Positions 47,863 through 60,900 of a DNA stretch of 64,000 nucleotides are shown here, piece by piece (the first letter of the stretch is position 1; every line of letters begins with the position of its first letter). The stretch spans positions 1,240,001-1,304,000 of the forward strand of contig JABVCE010000009.1 of the NCBI GenBank assembly GCA_014905635.1, read 5' to 3'. A program made the translations under genes and the position numbers. The DNA is from Scenedesmus sp. PABB004. Its lineage: Eukaryota. The notes beneath the pieces are model-generated. The model was not told the DNA's origin. It made no database searches and saw nothing but the letters and a program-made list of their open reading frames with translations.

Positions 47863-50800
47863 TCACACCCTGCACGCCTGCGCGCGCGACGCGCGCTGCC
47901 CCGGCGGCGCCGGGAACTGCGTCTCAGCAGCGCCCGCAGCGAGCGCCGCGGCGGCGAGCAGGGCCGCGCCCTTGAGCTCCATCTCCTCGTACTCCGCCCC
48001 GGGGTCGCTCTGCACCGTCACCGCGCCGCCCGCGCCGACGGTCATGCGCGCCGCGGCGCCGTCGGGGGCGTCGCTGTCAGTGAAGACGGCGGTGCGGATG
48101 ACGATGTTCATGTCAAACGTGTCGTTCAGGCCGAGCCAGCCGAGCGCGCCCGAGTACACGCCGCGCGGGCCGCCCTCGAGGTCGTCCAGCAGCGCCAGGC
48201 TGCGCACCTTGGGCGCGCCCGTCATGCTGCCGCCAGGGAAGGCGGCGCGCAGCGCGGCGACGGGGCTCGTGTCGCCGCGGCGCAGCCCGCGCACGGTGGA
48301 GACGAGCTGGTGCACCGTGGCGTAGCTCTCCAGCTGGATGAGCCCGGGCACGTGCACGCTGCCGGGCTCGCACACGCGCCCCAGGTCATTGCGCAGGAGG
48401 TCCACGATCATCAGGTTCTCAGCCGCCTCCTTGGCGCTACCCAGCAGCGCGGCCGCCGCCGCCGCGTCGGCGGCGGGGTCGCCCGGGTGCCGGCGCGCGG
48501 TGCCCTTGATGGGCTTGGCCTCCAGCACGCCGCCGCGGCCGCAGCTCAGGAAGCGCTCCGGCGAGGAGCACGCGACCGTCACGCCGGGCAGCGCGCCGCC
48601 GGCGCCGGCGCCGCTGCCGGGCGCGATGCGCAGCCACGCGGCGTAGGGCGCGGGGTTGACGGAGCGCAGCGTGGAGTAAAAGTCCCACGCCGGCGGCGCG
48701 TCGTCGACGGCAAACTGAGTGGTGAGGCAGAGCTCGTAGCTCTCGCCCGCCGTCAGCGCCTCCTGGCAGGACCGCACGTTGGCCTCGTACGCGGCACGGT
48801 CGTGCCGCAGCACCGCACGGCCCCTGCCCAGCGAGCGCTGCTGCTGGAGCTGCTGCTGGTGCTGCTCCTTGAGCTGCTGCTGCTGCTGGACCTGCTGCTC
48901 CTGCAGCTGCTGCTGCAGCCGCGCGAGCACCTGCTGCTGCTGCGGCGGCGCGCGCGCGTGGCCGCCGCCGGCCGCCGCCGCCGCCGCCGTCGCCAGCGTC
49001 GCGTCAGCCGCGGCGACCGCGGCCGCGGCCGCGGGGCTACCGCCCGGCTGCGCGGGCGCCGGCAGGCCGCCCGCGAGCGCCGCGACGTCGGCCGTGGCGC
49101 GCGCCAGCCAGGCCTGCGCGGCGCGCGCGGCGTCGTCGCCCGGCGCGTGCGTGGCGAGGGCGTAGACGTCCCCCGCGGCGTGGTCGACCGCGACCAGGCG
49201 GTCCGCAAAGAGCCAGGCCGCGTCGGGCGTGTCCGCGTCGTGCCGGGGCGCGCCGCCCGTCTCGGCCTTGAGCTCGTACCCCAGGTAGCCAACGAAGCCG
49301 CCCCAAAAGTCAAACGGCAGCGCCGCTGCCGCCTCGGCGGCGGCGCCGGGCGCGAGCGCGAGCGCGGCGAGCTGCTGCTCCAGGTAGGGCCACACCGACA
49401 GCGCCGCGCTGCTGCTGCTCGGCGCCGCGCCGCCGCCCGGCGCGAGGCGCGCGACGGTGAGCTGCCCCGGCGGCGGCGCGCCGCCGGGCGCGGCCGGCTG
49501 CTGCGCGGCCGGCGGCAGCTTGTACGTCACGCGCGCGCCGAGCGGGCCGGCCAGCGGCGCGCCGCCCATGTAGGAGAAGGTGCAGCGCTCGGGCGCGCAC
49601 GCGCTGTCCAGCCAGAAGCTGTCCGGCCCGGGGCCAACGAGCGCGGAGAAGAGCGCCGCGCTGCCGCCCGTGGCCGCCAGCGCGCCGGGCAGCTTCACCC
49701 AGGCGAGCTGCAGCTGCCCGGCCTCACCGCCGTCAGCCGACAGCCAGCCGCTGGGGCCCAGCGGCACGGCATGCTCCTGCGGGGGAGCGCCGCCAGCCGG
49801 CGCCGCCCCCGCGCCGGCGGCGCTGGCCGCCCACGCGTGCGGGGCAGGCCAGGGCCGCGGCGGCAGCTCGCGCCCAGGCGGGCCCACGCCCGGCACGCTG
49901 ATCGCGGGCGGGGTCGCGCCGCTGTGTGCGTGGGCGAGGTCCCTGAAGTTGAGCAGCAGCTGCTGCCCGTAGCGCGTCGCGATGCTCTCGGGGTGGAACT
50001 GCACGCCCCAGTGCGGCCGCCCCCGGTGGCGCAGCGCCATCAGCAGCGACTCGCCGCCGTCGTCGTCCGCCGCCTGCGCGCGCCGCGGCCGCGCCGTGCC
50101 CGTGGGCACAGCGTGCGTGGCACCGCAGGTCCACGCCAGCGGCTCCAGCTCCGGCGGCAGGCTGGCGGGGTCGACCACCAGCGAATGGTACCTGCGCGGG
50201 GCGCGCAGCGGCGCGCGGGTGAGGGGCAGGCGCAAGGGGGGGGGGGGGTGGCTGCGGCCGTGGCCGCGAGGGGCGCTCACCTGACGACGTCAAAGCCGCG
50301 CCCCGGCCCAGAGGGGACGGCCTTGAACAGGGCGTCCCCGTTGTGCCGCAGGCCGCTCAGGCGGCCGTGCACGGGCTCCGGCGCGCGCACCACGCGCGCG
50401 CCCGCCGCCGCCGCCAGCGCCTGGTGCCCCAGGCACACGCCGAGCACGGGCGTGGTGGTGCAGTGGCGCAGCACGTCCATGCACACGCCTGGGTCGCGGG
50501 GCGGGCGGGGCGGGCTGCCGTCGGCGGCGCGCGGCGCGGCGCGGCGGCACAGCCGAGCCGGCGCGGAGGGGGGGGGGGGGGGCTGCTGGCGCCGCCGCAG
50601 CGCTTGCCGAGCGCCACGCAGGCACGCACCGATGTCGGCGGGCGTGTGCGGCGAGCCCGGGCCGGGCGAGAGCACGATGTGGTGCACCGCGCCGTCCGCG
50701 AGCAGCTGCTGGATGTCACGCAGCTCCACGGCGTCGTTGAACAGCACCATGGGCTCCACTGCGGCGGCAGCGGCGGCGGCGGCAGGGCGCGGGGCTGAGC

Positions 50801-51130
50801 GCAGCGCTCGCGCAGGCGCGGCCACAGCTTGCGGCGGCTGCGGCTGCCCCCGCGCCGCGCACCTCCGTAGACCTCTGCGATGATCTGGTAGAGGTTGTAG
50901 GTGTAGCTGTCATAGTTGTCGATCAGCAGCGGCCGCAGCTGCGCCTGGGGCGCCGGCGCCAGGCGCCGGGCGGCGCCACACGTCTGCTGCTGCTGCTGCT
51001 GCTGCTGCTGCCCCCACGCCGCGCGCACGGAGCGCCGGCGCAGCGACGGCACGCACGCGGAGACGCTACAGCGCGGGGCGCCCAGCGCGCCCCGTGCGGG
51101 CGGCGCCGCGGCGCGCACGGGCCGGGCCAT
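47863..51130 (-). CDS. ADCS: Plastid aminodeoxychorismate synthase (PabA-PabB fusion, folate synthesis)
   Basis: LLIDNYDSYTYNLYQ, SPGPG, GVCLGHQ, RYHSL, QFHPES; GESYELCLT, SSPERFL, PIKGT, ENLMIVDLLRNDLGR, FPGGSMTGAPK. Confidence 0.95.
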
Positions 51131-51158
51131 GGCTCTAGAGCCGTCGTCAGGGCTGCTG

Positions 51159-52172
51159 CGGGCGCGGTTGGCGGCGTTGCTGGGCGTCGCGGTGGGGGGT
51201 GGGTCGGCGAGTTCCTGTGGCGTGGCGGGCGTCCGCGCGAGACTTTGACCGCGCGCGTTTGGTCCGGGTCACTCTCACACACATAATGGACGCGCCATCA
51301 CGCGCGCGCCTGCGTGCCGCCCCGTGGCATGGCCGGGTGCGTCCCCCGAACGCGGATCGTGGGCGGCGCGCCGAGTGCACCGCGCCCTGCAACTGCGGCG
51401 GCGGAGCGAGCGCTGCAAGCGCCCTGCAAGAGCGCCCTGCAAGAGCGCCCTGCAAGAGCGGCGCGCATGCCGCCGCCCCGCCTCGCCGGGGCGGCGTGGG
51501 TGCTCACGCGCCGCAGCGGGGGTCAGGGGGTCGCCGCCGCCGGCGTCACCGCGCGGCGCGCGCGCTGCTCACGCAGCGCGCGCCCGGCTTGCGGGCGCAG
51601 CGACGTGGCGCGCCCGGCTGCGGCCGTGTGGGCGTGGCGTGGGCACATTGCGCCGGCGGCGTGCGGGCGGCGGGCCGGCAATCGGGTGCGGGCCAATGTG
51701 ACAGGCAGAGGCATACGACCGTGGCCACCGCCTCGCTGCGCGCGTTTTGCGCGGAGCGCGCGTGCTCCGCCGTCGCCCCGCCTCCCATAGAGCCTCGTTC
51801 ACTGCCCCCCGCGCCGAGCCCGCAGAGGACCAACGCGCTTGGCCGCTATAAACGGGCGTTTATAGCGCCACGCCCCTGCGCTGCGCGGCACGCCCCATGC
51901 GCGCCGCTGGGCACCGTCCGAGCTCCGCCATGCCGGGCGCGATGCATCCGTGCGGCCAGCCGGGCCAGCGCGGCGCCCAGGGCGCCGTGCCGACGCACTG
52001 CGCGGGCGCGCAGCTCGCCCCGGGCAAGCGCGCGGGCTCCACGGACGAGGAGTCGCCGCTCTACGCGACCGACGAGTTCCGCATGTGCGTGCCGCGATGC
52101 GCCGCGCCGTGTCGGCGCGAAGAGGGCGCCGATGAAGGCGCATCGCGATGCGGCGACCAGCAGCGCTCCTCC
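51159..52172 (+). repeat. Segmental duplication copy A (about 1.0 kb), repeated at 62033-63034
   Basis: Near-identical direct repeat covering the ADCS/CCCH intergenic region, CCCH exon 1 and part of intron 1. Confidence 0.95.
51844..51867. promoter_or_regulatory. Palindromic double TATA element CGCTATAAACG-GG-CGTTTATAGCG
   Basis: Perfect 11-bp inverted repeat with TATAAA on both strands, about 60-85 nt upstream of the ATG at 51930. Confidence 0.55.
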
Positions 52173-53428
52173 GAGGGGCCCCTTCTCACCGACCCGCCCC
52201 CGCCACGGTCCACGCCCGCAGGTACTGCTTCAAGATTCTGCCCTGCTCCAAGGTGGGAGGCCTCGGCGGCTGACGGCACCCGCGCCGGGCGGTGACCGCC
52301 ACTGCTGCACTGCCCGCAGCTGCCGCGGGCGCGGCCGCCGGCCGCCGCCGCGCCGTCCAACCGTCCCGCCGCCGCCGCCGCCGCCGCCGCCTTGCCTGAC
52401 CGCGCAGAGGTTTTCGCACGACTGGGTCACGTGCCCGTTTGCTCACCCGGGCGAGAAGGCGCGCCGGCGCTGCGTGCGCGCGCACAGCTACAGCGCGGTC
52501 ATGTGCCCCGACAAGCAGAAGTCGGGCGACTGCCAGCGCGGCGAGGCCTGCGCCATGGCCCACTCGGTGCGCGCAGCGCTGCTGCGGCGCGCGCCATGGC
52601 CTTGCGGGTGCACGCCCGCCCACGCCGCGCCGCGCCGCGCAGGTGTTCGAGGTCTGGCTGCACCCCGAGCGCTTCCGCACGCAGCTGTGCAACGACGGCG
52701 ACAACTGCCAGCGCAAGATCTGCTTCTTCGCCCACTCGCTGGACGAGCTCCGCGTGCCGAGCATGATGCCCGCGATCGGCGCCCCGCCGGCGCCGCTGCA
52801 GCTGGCCCCCGCCAGCGGGGGGCTCGGCCTGGCGCGCGCCGGCGCCCCCGCGGGCGTGCTGGCGCGCGGCGGCAGCCTTGCCTCCTCCCTGTCGGCGTCG
52901 TCGAGCGCAAGCGAGCTCTGCGGCAGCAGCCCCGTGGGCAGCAGGGACGCGCTGCTGCTGCCGGCGGGCTCGCCGATTTCGCCTACCGGCAGCGACAGCG
53001 CGGCCGGCCTCGACCTGCTCGCGCAGCTCGCCCGGCTGCAGGGCGGCGAGGGCGGGCCTGCGCTGGCCGAGCTGCTGGCGGGCCTGGTCGCGGAGGCGCG
53101 CGCCAACCGGGCCAGCGCGGCCATTGCACAAGCGCAGGCGGCGGCCGCCAGCAGCACGCTGCAGGCGGCCCTCGCTGGCCTGGGCGCCGGGACGGTCGGC
53201 GGCGCCGGCACGGCCAGTTGCCTGGGCGGGCCGGCCGTGCCGGGCGCCGCCCACCTGGCCGCGCCCCTCGCGCACCTGCACCCGCTGGCGGTGATGCAGT
53301 GGCAGGGCGGCCCGCCGCTGGCGCTGGCTGGCGCCGGCGGTAGCCTCGGGGCGGGGCTGCTCGCGCCCGGCGCGCTGCCGCTGCCGTGCTATCAGGGCGG
53401 CGATGCAGCTTGGAGTGTGTGGATGTGA
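51930..53428 (+). CDS. Plant-type tandem CCCH zinc-finger protein (RR-TZF family), 4 exons
   Basis: [83 protein letters not shown]. Confidence 0.93.
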
Positions 53429-54922
53429 ACTGCAGTCTGCGTCTGCTTTGCAACGTGATCTGGTTGGCCAGCGGCGGTGCGCCGCCGCGCGTCTGGGGCG
53501 TGCGACAGCGTCCCCCCTGTTTGAGGCGTCATGTGTGTCCCTTGGCCAGCAGCACTTGCTTGAGTCCCAACTCAACACCCCAACGCGCCGGCGTCGTAGC
53601 GCTGGGCGCTCCGGCTGCCGGCAGCTCGAGGCACTGAACATGATCTCTGAGCAAGCGCGCCTGAGAGCTTTGCGCCTGGCTCCACGCACACCAGCGCCGA
53701 CGAGCGCACCGGCGGGGCCCACTTAGCTGCCAGCCCAGCCTCATCGTGCCGCGCGGCGGCGCCAATCTTCCGCACATTCCCTCCGCACCTTGAGGCTGGT
53801 CGCTCGCTGAATGGACAGCGGGCTGGTCGTTCGCTGAAGCAGCAGCAGCAATGCCAAGACATACACACCTGGAGGCGGCCCCACCAAGCGCACCTCAAAA
53901 CTGCGCGATGGGGCCCCGCACTGCCATGTGTTGTGCTGGGTTTCTTTCCCCACAAGGCTGGCGGAGTAGAGTCGCAAGGCACTGCCTTGGTTCGCCGCTG
54001 CCGCGTCACGCGCGGCGGCGCCGCTGACACTGCCGCTCCCATGCTGCAGGCGCCTGGTGCCTCCGCGCACCGGGGCGCCGGCGGCGCAACACACGACCGC
54101 GCGCCCCAAAGCCCCAACGACTGCGAACTACGGCGGGGCGCAACGAACCGCGTGCGGGCGTTTGAATAAGGGCGGTGCACCGCGCCGCAGCCACGCACGC
54201 ACCAATTGTGGGCATTCGCTGGCGCGCGAACTTTGCTGCTCCGCGGGACGGGAGGCGCGTACGATACTGGGCTGATTGAACGGAGGCGCAGCGGGCTGGC
54301 TGGTGGGGCCCGCGCGGCGCGCAGCGCGCGGCGCTGACACCGCGCGCGCGCGCAGTGTCTAATAATGCCTCCCTTTAGGCTTCTTCTTCACCAGGTTATT
54401 ACCCAGCACCTCCCCTTGCAGTAACCATCCCCGCACGGCGGCGGCCGTGCGCACCCGCGGCGCGGGCGGCCGCGCAGGCCCTGCGTCCGGCGGCGGTTCT
54501 GTGCCGCAACCGCCGGCCCAGGCCCACGGAGACAGCGCACACGACTCAGCTGTCTGCGGCACTGCCACGCCGCCCGACTGCTCGCCGCCAGCGCCGCGAG
54601 CGAGCGGCGAGCAGCGGCGGGCGACGCTGCCCGCCGGCGCCGCGCTGCCTTGCCGTCGCTGCCTCCCAGGCCGCTCGCGACCCGCCAAAGCCTCATCGCA
54701 CCTCCGCGAAGCCGCGGCGGGCGCTGGGAGCACGCTCGCGTTCAAGCGGCGGCAGCGCGCCGCTGCTGATGGGCGCCCCGGCTGCGAGAGGGCGACGCCC
54801 ATGTGCGAGGCGGCTGGGCTGGGGCGGCTGGGTGGCGCCATACCATCACCAGCAGGCCGTGCAGCGCTCACGCGCTGCCGCCGCCGCCGCTGCGACCCGC
54901 GCAGAGCGCGGCGGCGCCCGCG

Positions 54923-57900
54923 ATGGCGCCCGCGGCCGGCGCTCCGGGCGGCGACAAGCTCTCGCTGTCGTCATGGGGCCTGCCTGCGCCGGTGCTGGCA
55001 GCGTTTGCGCGCAAGGGCCTGACGTCGCTGTACCCGTGGCAGGCGGCGGCGCTGGAGTGCGGGCAGGGCGGCAACCTGGTGTACTGCGCGCCCACGTCGG
55101 GCGGCAAGAGCCTCGTGGGCGAGGTGCTCATGCTCGCGCGGCTGCAGCGCATGGAGCGCGCCGTCGCCGCGCGCGGGCGCGGGCGCGGGGGCGCGCCGGT
55201 GCCGCGCGCGCTGCTTGTGTTGCCCTACCTGAGCATCGTGGCGGAGAAGACGGGCCACCTCACGGGCCTGGTCGCGGACATGAAGTGGCGCGTGCAGGGC
55301 TACCAGGGCGCGAGCGAGGGCCAGCCGCTCGCCAACAAGGCGCGGCGCGGCGCTGGCGCTGGCGGCCGCGGCGCGCGGGGCTCCGCCGCCTGCCCCGCCT
55401 GCGTGCAGCGCGCGGCCCGCGCACAGCACGCAGCCGTCGCCCCCCGGCCGACCCGGGGCCGCGCGGCGCCCGGTGCCGCGCCACGCGCGCAGGCTGAGCG
55501 CATCGCCATCTGCAGCATCGAGAAGGCCAACATGGCGGTCAACCACCTCATCACCGAGCAGCGCCTCCACGAGCTCGTCTCGCTCGTGGTGGACGAGGCG
55601 CACATGCTGGCAGACCCACACAGGCGCGTGCGCGTGGCGCGAGCAGGGGCGTTGCTGCCCGCGCACGCCTGCGCGCCTGCGCGCCTGCGCGCCTGCGCGA
55701 CGCTCGCCGCCGCCGCCGCCGCCGCGTCAGGGGCGCGTCGCTGGAGATGCTGCTGAGCAAGCTGGTGGCGTGCCGGGGCAGGTGCAGCGTGCAGATCGTG
55801 GCCATGAGCGCGACCATGGCCGGTGCGCGTCGCCTGCAAGCACTTGCAGGACACGCGCGCGCGAGCGGCGCTGGCGCCGGCGGCGCGCGCCCACGGCGCG
55901 CCCCGCCCGCCGGCGCGCAGGGCTGGAGAGCCTGAGCGCGTGGCTGCGCGCCCACCTGTTCCTCACCAACTTCCGGCCCGTGCCGCTCACGGAGCACGCC
56001 GTCTTCCAGGGCACCGTCTTTGCGCGCACGCCGGAACGCACGGGCCGCGGCGCCGACGAGGCCGACGAGGCCGGCGCGGCACCGCTGGTGGAGCAGCGCA
56101 AGTGCGCCGCCCCGCTGCAGGCAGCAGGCTCGCTGCCGCTCCTGCTGCTGGACCCGTCGCTCGTGCCGCTGCTCAACTTGTGCCACCGCCGCCGCCGCCG
56201 CGGCAGGCTGCCCGTGCAGGGCTCCAGCGACAAGGAGAGCCTGCTGGCGCTCGTGGCCGAGGTCGTGCGCGACGGCCACAGCGTGCTGGTCTTCTGCGCG
56301 GGGCGTGGCGCCGCGCAGAGCTGCGCCGGGCTGCTCGCGGACCAGCTGGCCAAGCACGTGGGCCCGCCCAGCGCGCAGCAGGCAGCGGCGCGCGCCGAGC
56401 TCGTGACGGCGCTGCGCGTGGCGCTGGCGGGCGCCAGCAACGCGGAGCTGGAGCGCCTCATTGGTGAGCGGCGCGGCGCGTGCGCAGCCCGGGCTTTGGG
56501 GGGCCGGCCTGCCCACAGGCGCCGCGCCGCCGCCTGGCCCGCCCTGCCCTGCAGGCGCGGGCGTGGCTTACCACCACGCGGGGCTGACTCAGCAGGAGCG
56601 GGGGGTCGTGGAGGAGGGCTACCGCAGCGGCGCGCTGCTGGCGCTCACGGCCACCTCCACGCTCGCTGCCGGAGTCAACCTGCCCGCGCGCCGCGTCATC
56701 CTGCGCAGCCTTTGGCAGGGCGGGGGCCTGGTCGGGCGCGCGCAGTACCTGCAGATGGTGGGCCGCGCGGGGCGCGCAGGTGAGGCGCAGTATTGGCGCG
56801 CTGGGAGGGGGGAGGGGGGCGCTGCTGCTGGCGGGCCCGAGGCACGATAGCGCCCCCCTCCTCCTGGCGCGACAGGGCAGTCCCCTGTGGGCGAGTCGTT
56901 CCTCATGGCCACCGGCACGCCCGGCTCCACCACCGCCGGGCAGTGGTCGGCGGTGTGCCAGCTGCTGACGGCGCCGATGCCAGGTGGGCGGTGCAGAGCG
57001 GGGGGCGCGGCGCGCCGGCCGCCAGCCCGCTGCCCCTGGCACGTGCTCAGAGCGCCCGCTCGCGCGTGCGCCCCGCCAGCGCTCAAGTCGCAGCTGGTGC
57101 AGCCGGAGCACGGCAGCGCTGCGGGCGTGCCCGTACCGCTGGCTGCCGGCCGCCCCTCCCGCGGCGGCGGCAGCGGCGGCGACCGAGCTGGGTCTGGTGC
57201 AGCTACTCAGCAGCCGTCGCAGCCGCCCGCCTCGCTGACCAACGCCCAGCCCAGCCTGCAGCAGCTGCTGCTTCACGGAGTGGCGACCGGCCTGGTCAGC
57301 ACGGGCCAGAGCGTGCTGCAGCTGCTGCAGTGAGCGCGCGGCTGCTGCTGGGTGCGCAGGCGGGGGCGCGGCGGCGCGGCTCCTGGGCGCAGGCGGTCCT
57401 TGCTGGCGCCCACAGCGCCTGCTCAGCGCTGCCCGCGCCCTCACCGTCTCGCAGGAGCACGCTGGCGTGCCACCAGGTGCCCTTTGACGGCCTGGCGGAC
57501 GCGGCGCGCACCGCGCTGACGGCGCTGCGCGGCCGGAAGCTGCTCAGCCTCAAGCCGGAGCGCCGCGACGCGCCGAGCCACTGGGAGCTCACCCCCCTTG
57601 GCGCGGCGGTGGTGGCCAGCACGCTGCCGCCGGACCTGGGGCTGCTGCTGTGGAGCCGGCTGTCTGAGCTCATGTCCTGCCTCGTGCTCGGCAGCAACGC
57701 CCACCTGCTCTTCACGCTGCAGCCCGACCCGGTGCTGGGCGTGATCTACGACTGGCACGCCTGGTGCCGCCTGGCCAAGCAGCTCAGCCCGGCGCACAGG
57801 CGCGCGGCGCAGCCAGCGCCGCAGCCGGGCCATGCTGCCGGCGCTCCCGCCCGCGCTCACGAACGCTCGCTCGCCCCCCGCCAGGCGCGTCGCGGCGGTG

Positions 57901-60900
57901 GAGGGCGTCGACCTGGCCTACGTGGAGCGCCGCATCGGCGGCGCGCGGGGCGACGCCGCCAGCGACGCGCGGCACGCGCGCTTTGCGGGCGCGGTGCTGC
58001 TCGACCTGCTGCTGGGCGACGCCTCGCGCATCACGCAGCTGGAGGAGGCGTGGGGCCAGCCCAACACGCTCACCAAGGCCGGTGAGCAGGGCTGTCGGAC
58101 GCCGGCTCGGCAGGCCGGCGCCAGCGCTCCGACGCAGGCCACGCACGAGCCTCGCTGCGGCGCAGCCGGCGCGCCCGCGACCTGCCCTGACCCTGCCCCG
58201 CCTGCGCTCTTGCCGCAGGCATCACGCGCGGCCAGATGCAGGCGTGGCAGGTCGAGCTCAGCAAGACCGCCGCCATGGCGGGCCTGCTGGCCAGCAGCGC
58301 TGGCTGGTGGGCGCTGGAGACGGTGCTGATGCCCCTCTCCGCGCAGGCGGCTGCGGGCGTGCGGCCGGAGCTGCTGCCGCTCATGGAGGTGCGGCAGGGT
58401 TTAGGGGGCGGCGCTTAGAGGGCGGCGCGGCGGCGCAGCCTGTGGTGGGGGTGGGATGGGTGGGGGTGGGTGGGGTGGGTGCAGGAGGGCTGCGCCGCGC
58501 TGGGCCTCCTCCGCCGCCTTGATCGCGCCCGCGCCGCGGCAGGTGCCTGGGCTCCTGCCTGCGCACGCCGCCGCGCTGCACGCCGCCGGCTTTGCACGCC
58601 CGGAGCTGCTGCTGTGCGCGTCGGAGAGCGACGTGGCCGCCGCGCTGGCGGCCAAGCTGCCGAGCAACACGCGCAAGCGCAAGGGCGAGGCGGACAAACA
58701 GTGCGCCGCGCGCCGACCAGCTGCTTGACGCGCCAGCGTGTGCTGCGGTGCAGCGCTTCACATCTGCGCCGTCTGTGCACGCAGGGGCGCCAGCTCCAGC
58801 TCCAGCGTGGCCGGCCACGGCACCAGCGCGCTCGCCGCGCGCGCCGCCAAGTCCATCCTGGCGGCGGCGCGGGAGCACGCTGTGCTGGCGGCAGCATCGC
58901 GCGCGGCCGACGCCGAGGGCGGCAGCCAGCAGGTGCGGCACGGGAGGGCTGGCATCAGGAGCAGGCGCTTGCCGAGGCCTGGCGGCTGCGCCGCCGCGCC
59001 TGCGCCCGGCTGACGCGTCACGGCGCGCCCGCGCCCGCGCGCCCGCGCCTGCAGGCCGCCTCGGCCGTGCCCGTGCTGGTGCGCTCTGTCGCGGGGCAGG
59101 CCACCGTGCATGCGGTGTGGCCGCGCCTGGACGACCCCTTCCTGCAGCAGCTGCTGGCGGCGTGGACGACGCAGCCCAGCTTTGCTTTTGCCGTGATTCA
59201 CCACCCGCGCTGCGCGGTGGAGGGCTGTGCGGCGCGAGCCGGCGCTGGCTGCAGCGCCAGCGGCCCGCAGGCAGGCAGCGGCGAGCCCGCGACGCTGGAG
59301 CCGGCGCAGCTGGCGCCCGACACCTCCGCCAGCGCCGCGGCGGCAGCAGCGCCCGCGGAGGCCGGCTGCAGCGTGCTGCACTGCCAGAGGCCCGCCGCGC
59401 TGGCGCTGTGCTGGGCGGACCGCGAGGCGGCGCTGCTGCACCTGCCCCCGGTCGCCGCTGCAGACGCAGGCAGCGTCCAGGTGTGGGCGACGGTCAGGTC
59501 AGTGTTTGCCGACGCGGCGCGCACGGCCGTCTGCTGCGCCTCCGCGGCCGCGCTGGCTGCGCTGCGGGCGGCGGGCGTGGAGTGCCGCGCCACCGTGGAC
59601 GACCCCTGCGCAGCATTTGCCCTCTGGCAGCCGCGCGGGTGCGAGCAGCTGGCCCTGCAGCAGCAGCTGCAGGGCCAGGCGCAGCACCCGGCGCAGCCGC
59701 AGGGCGAGGCATGCCAGGCCTGCAGGCAGCCGGCAGACGTCATGCGGGCGGCGCAGGCGCTGGTGCTGGGCAGCAGCTACAGGCTGCAGGTGCCGCTGCT
59801 GGGCAGCAGTGAGCAGACCAGCGCGGTGCGTGCGGCGCTGCTGGCCCACGCACTGATGCCGCCGCTGCGTGCGGTCGTGGCGCAGCAGGGGCTGTTCCGC
59901 GCGTACGAGGCGGTCGAGCGGCCCCTGCAGCGCGTGTTTGCCTGCGCCCGCGCCGCGGGCGCGCGCGTGGCGGTGCGCAGCGTGCAGCAGCAGCTGCTGC
60001 AGTGCGAGTGGCAGCGCCAGCAGTTGCAGCAGCACGCTGGGCAGCTGCTCGGCCAGCCCGGCATCGACATCAGCAGCACCGGCCAGGTGCGCCTGCTGCT
60101 GGCCAAGCTCGGCCTCGCGGCGGCCGGTGCCCAGCAGCCGGCGGCTGTGGCGCTGCTGGCGGCCCTGCGCGACGCGCTGCGTCGCGGCCGCCACGACGCG
60201 CTGCAGCTGCTGCGCTGCCTGCACACCTACTGGCAGATCGCAGCGCACGAGGGAGAGCTACGCGCCCTGCTGCAGGCAGCCGGCGGCGCCAGCGACGGCA
60301 GCGCCGCCGGCGCCGCGCAGCTCATCGCGCTGCAGCCGCTCGCACAGCTGACTGCGCTGAGCGGCGAGGTCGCCAGCGGCCTGCCTGCCGGCCTCGGCGG
60401 CGTGCTGTCCTGCGTCGCCGTGTCAGCCCTGCCGGTGGTCGTGGCGCCAAGCAGCTTCGCGGATGCGCCCTCGGCGCCGCTCCCGGCCTCGGTGCGCGTG
60501 GTGGCAGGCCTGCCCGCCTGGCAAGAGCAGCGCGCGCCGCTGCAGCCGCTGGCACCTGTGCAGCAGCAGCAGCACCTGGCGCAGCAGGGCGAGGCCGCGC
60601 TGCAGTGGCGCTGCGTCACGCTCGGCTCGCTCAAGCGCGCGCCTGCCTTGGAGGCCGGCGAGGAGCAGCCGCTGCCGCTGATGGACGCGCGAAGCGGCGC
60701 CGCTGGCAGGGGCGGCGGCGGCGGCGGCGACGGCGGCGGCGGCGGCGACGGCGACGGCGTCGGGAGCACCCGACACTGGTGCGGCGCCACGGCGTGCGTG
60801 CGCGAGGGCCACGCGCGGGCCTCTCAGCTGCACGCTGCTGCTGCGGCGCCGCCGGCGCCGCCGGCGGCCGGCAGCGCGGCGGCGAGCCTGGCGTTTGTGC

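Noticed and set aside
51408..51457. Short tandem repeats here and at 45040, 61958, about 6376-6440 and about 1132-1180 as a CRISPR array
   Set aside because: No unique spacers, no cas genes and a eukaryotic context; these are simple tandem duplications.
53429..54900. Possible ncRNA or hidden gene in the lower-GC gap between the CCCH and POLQ-like genes
   Set aside because: No tRNA, snRNA or rRNA signature and no convincing ORF were recognised; it is consistent with a 3' UTR plus promoter.
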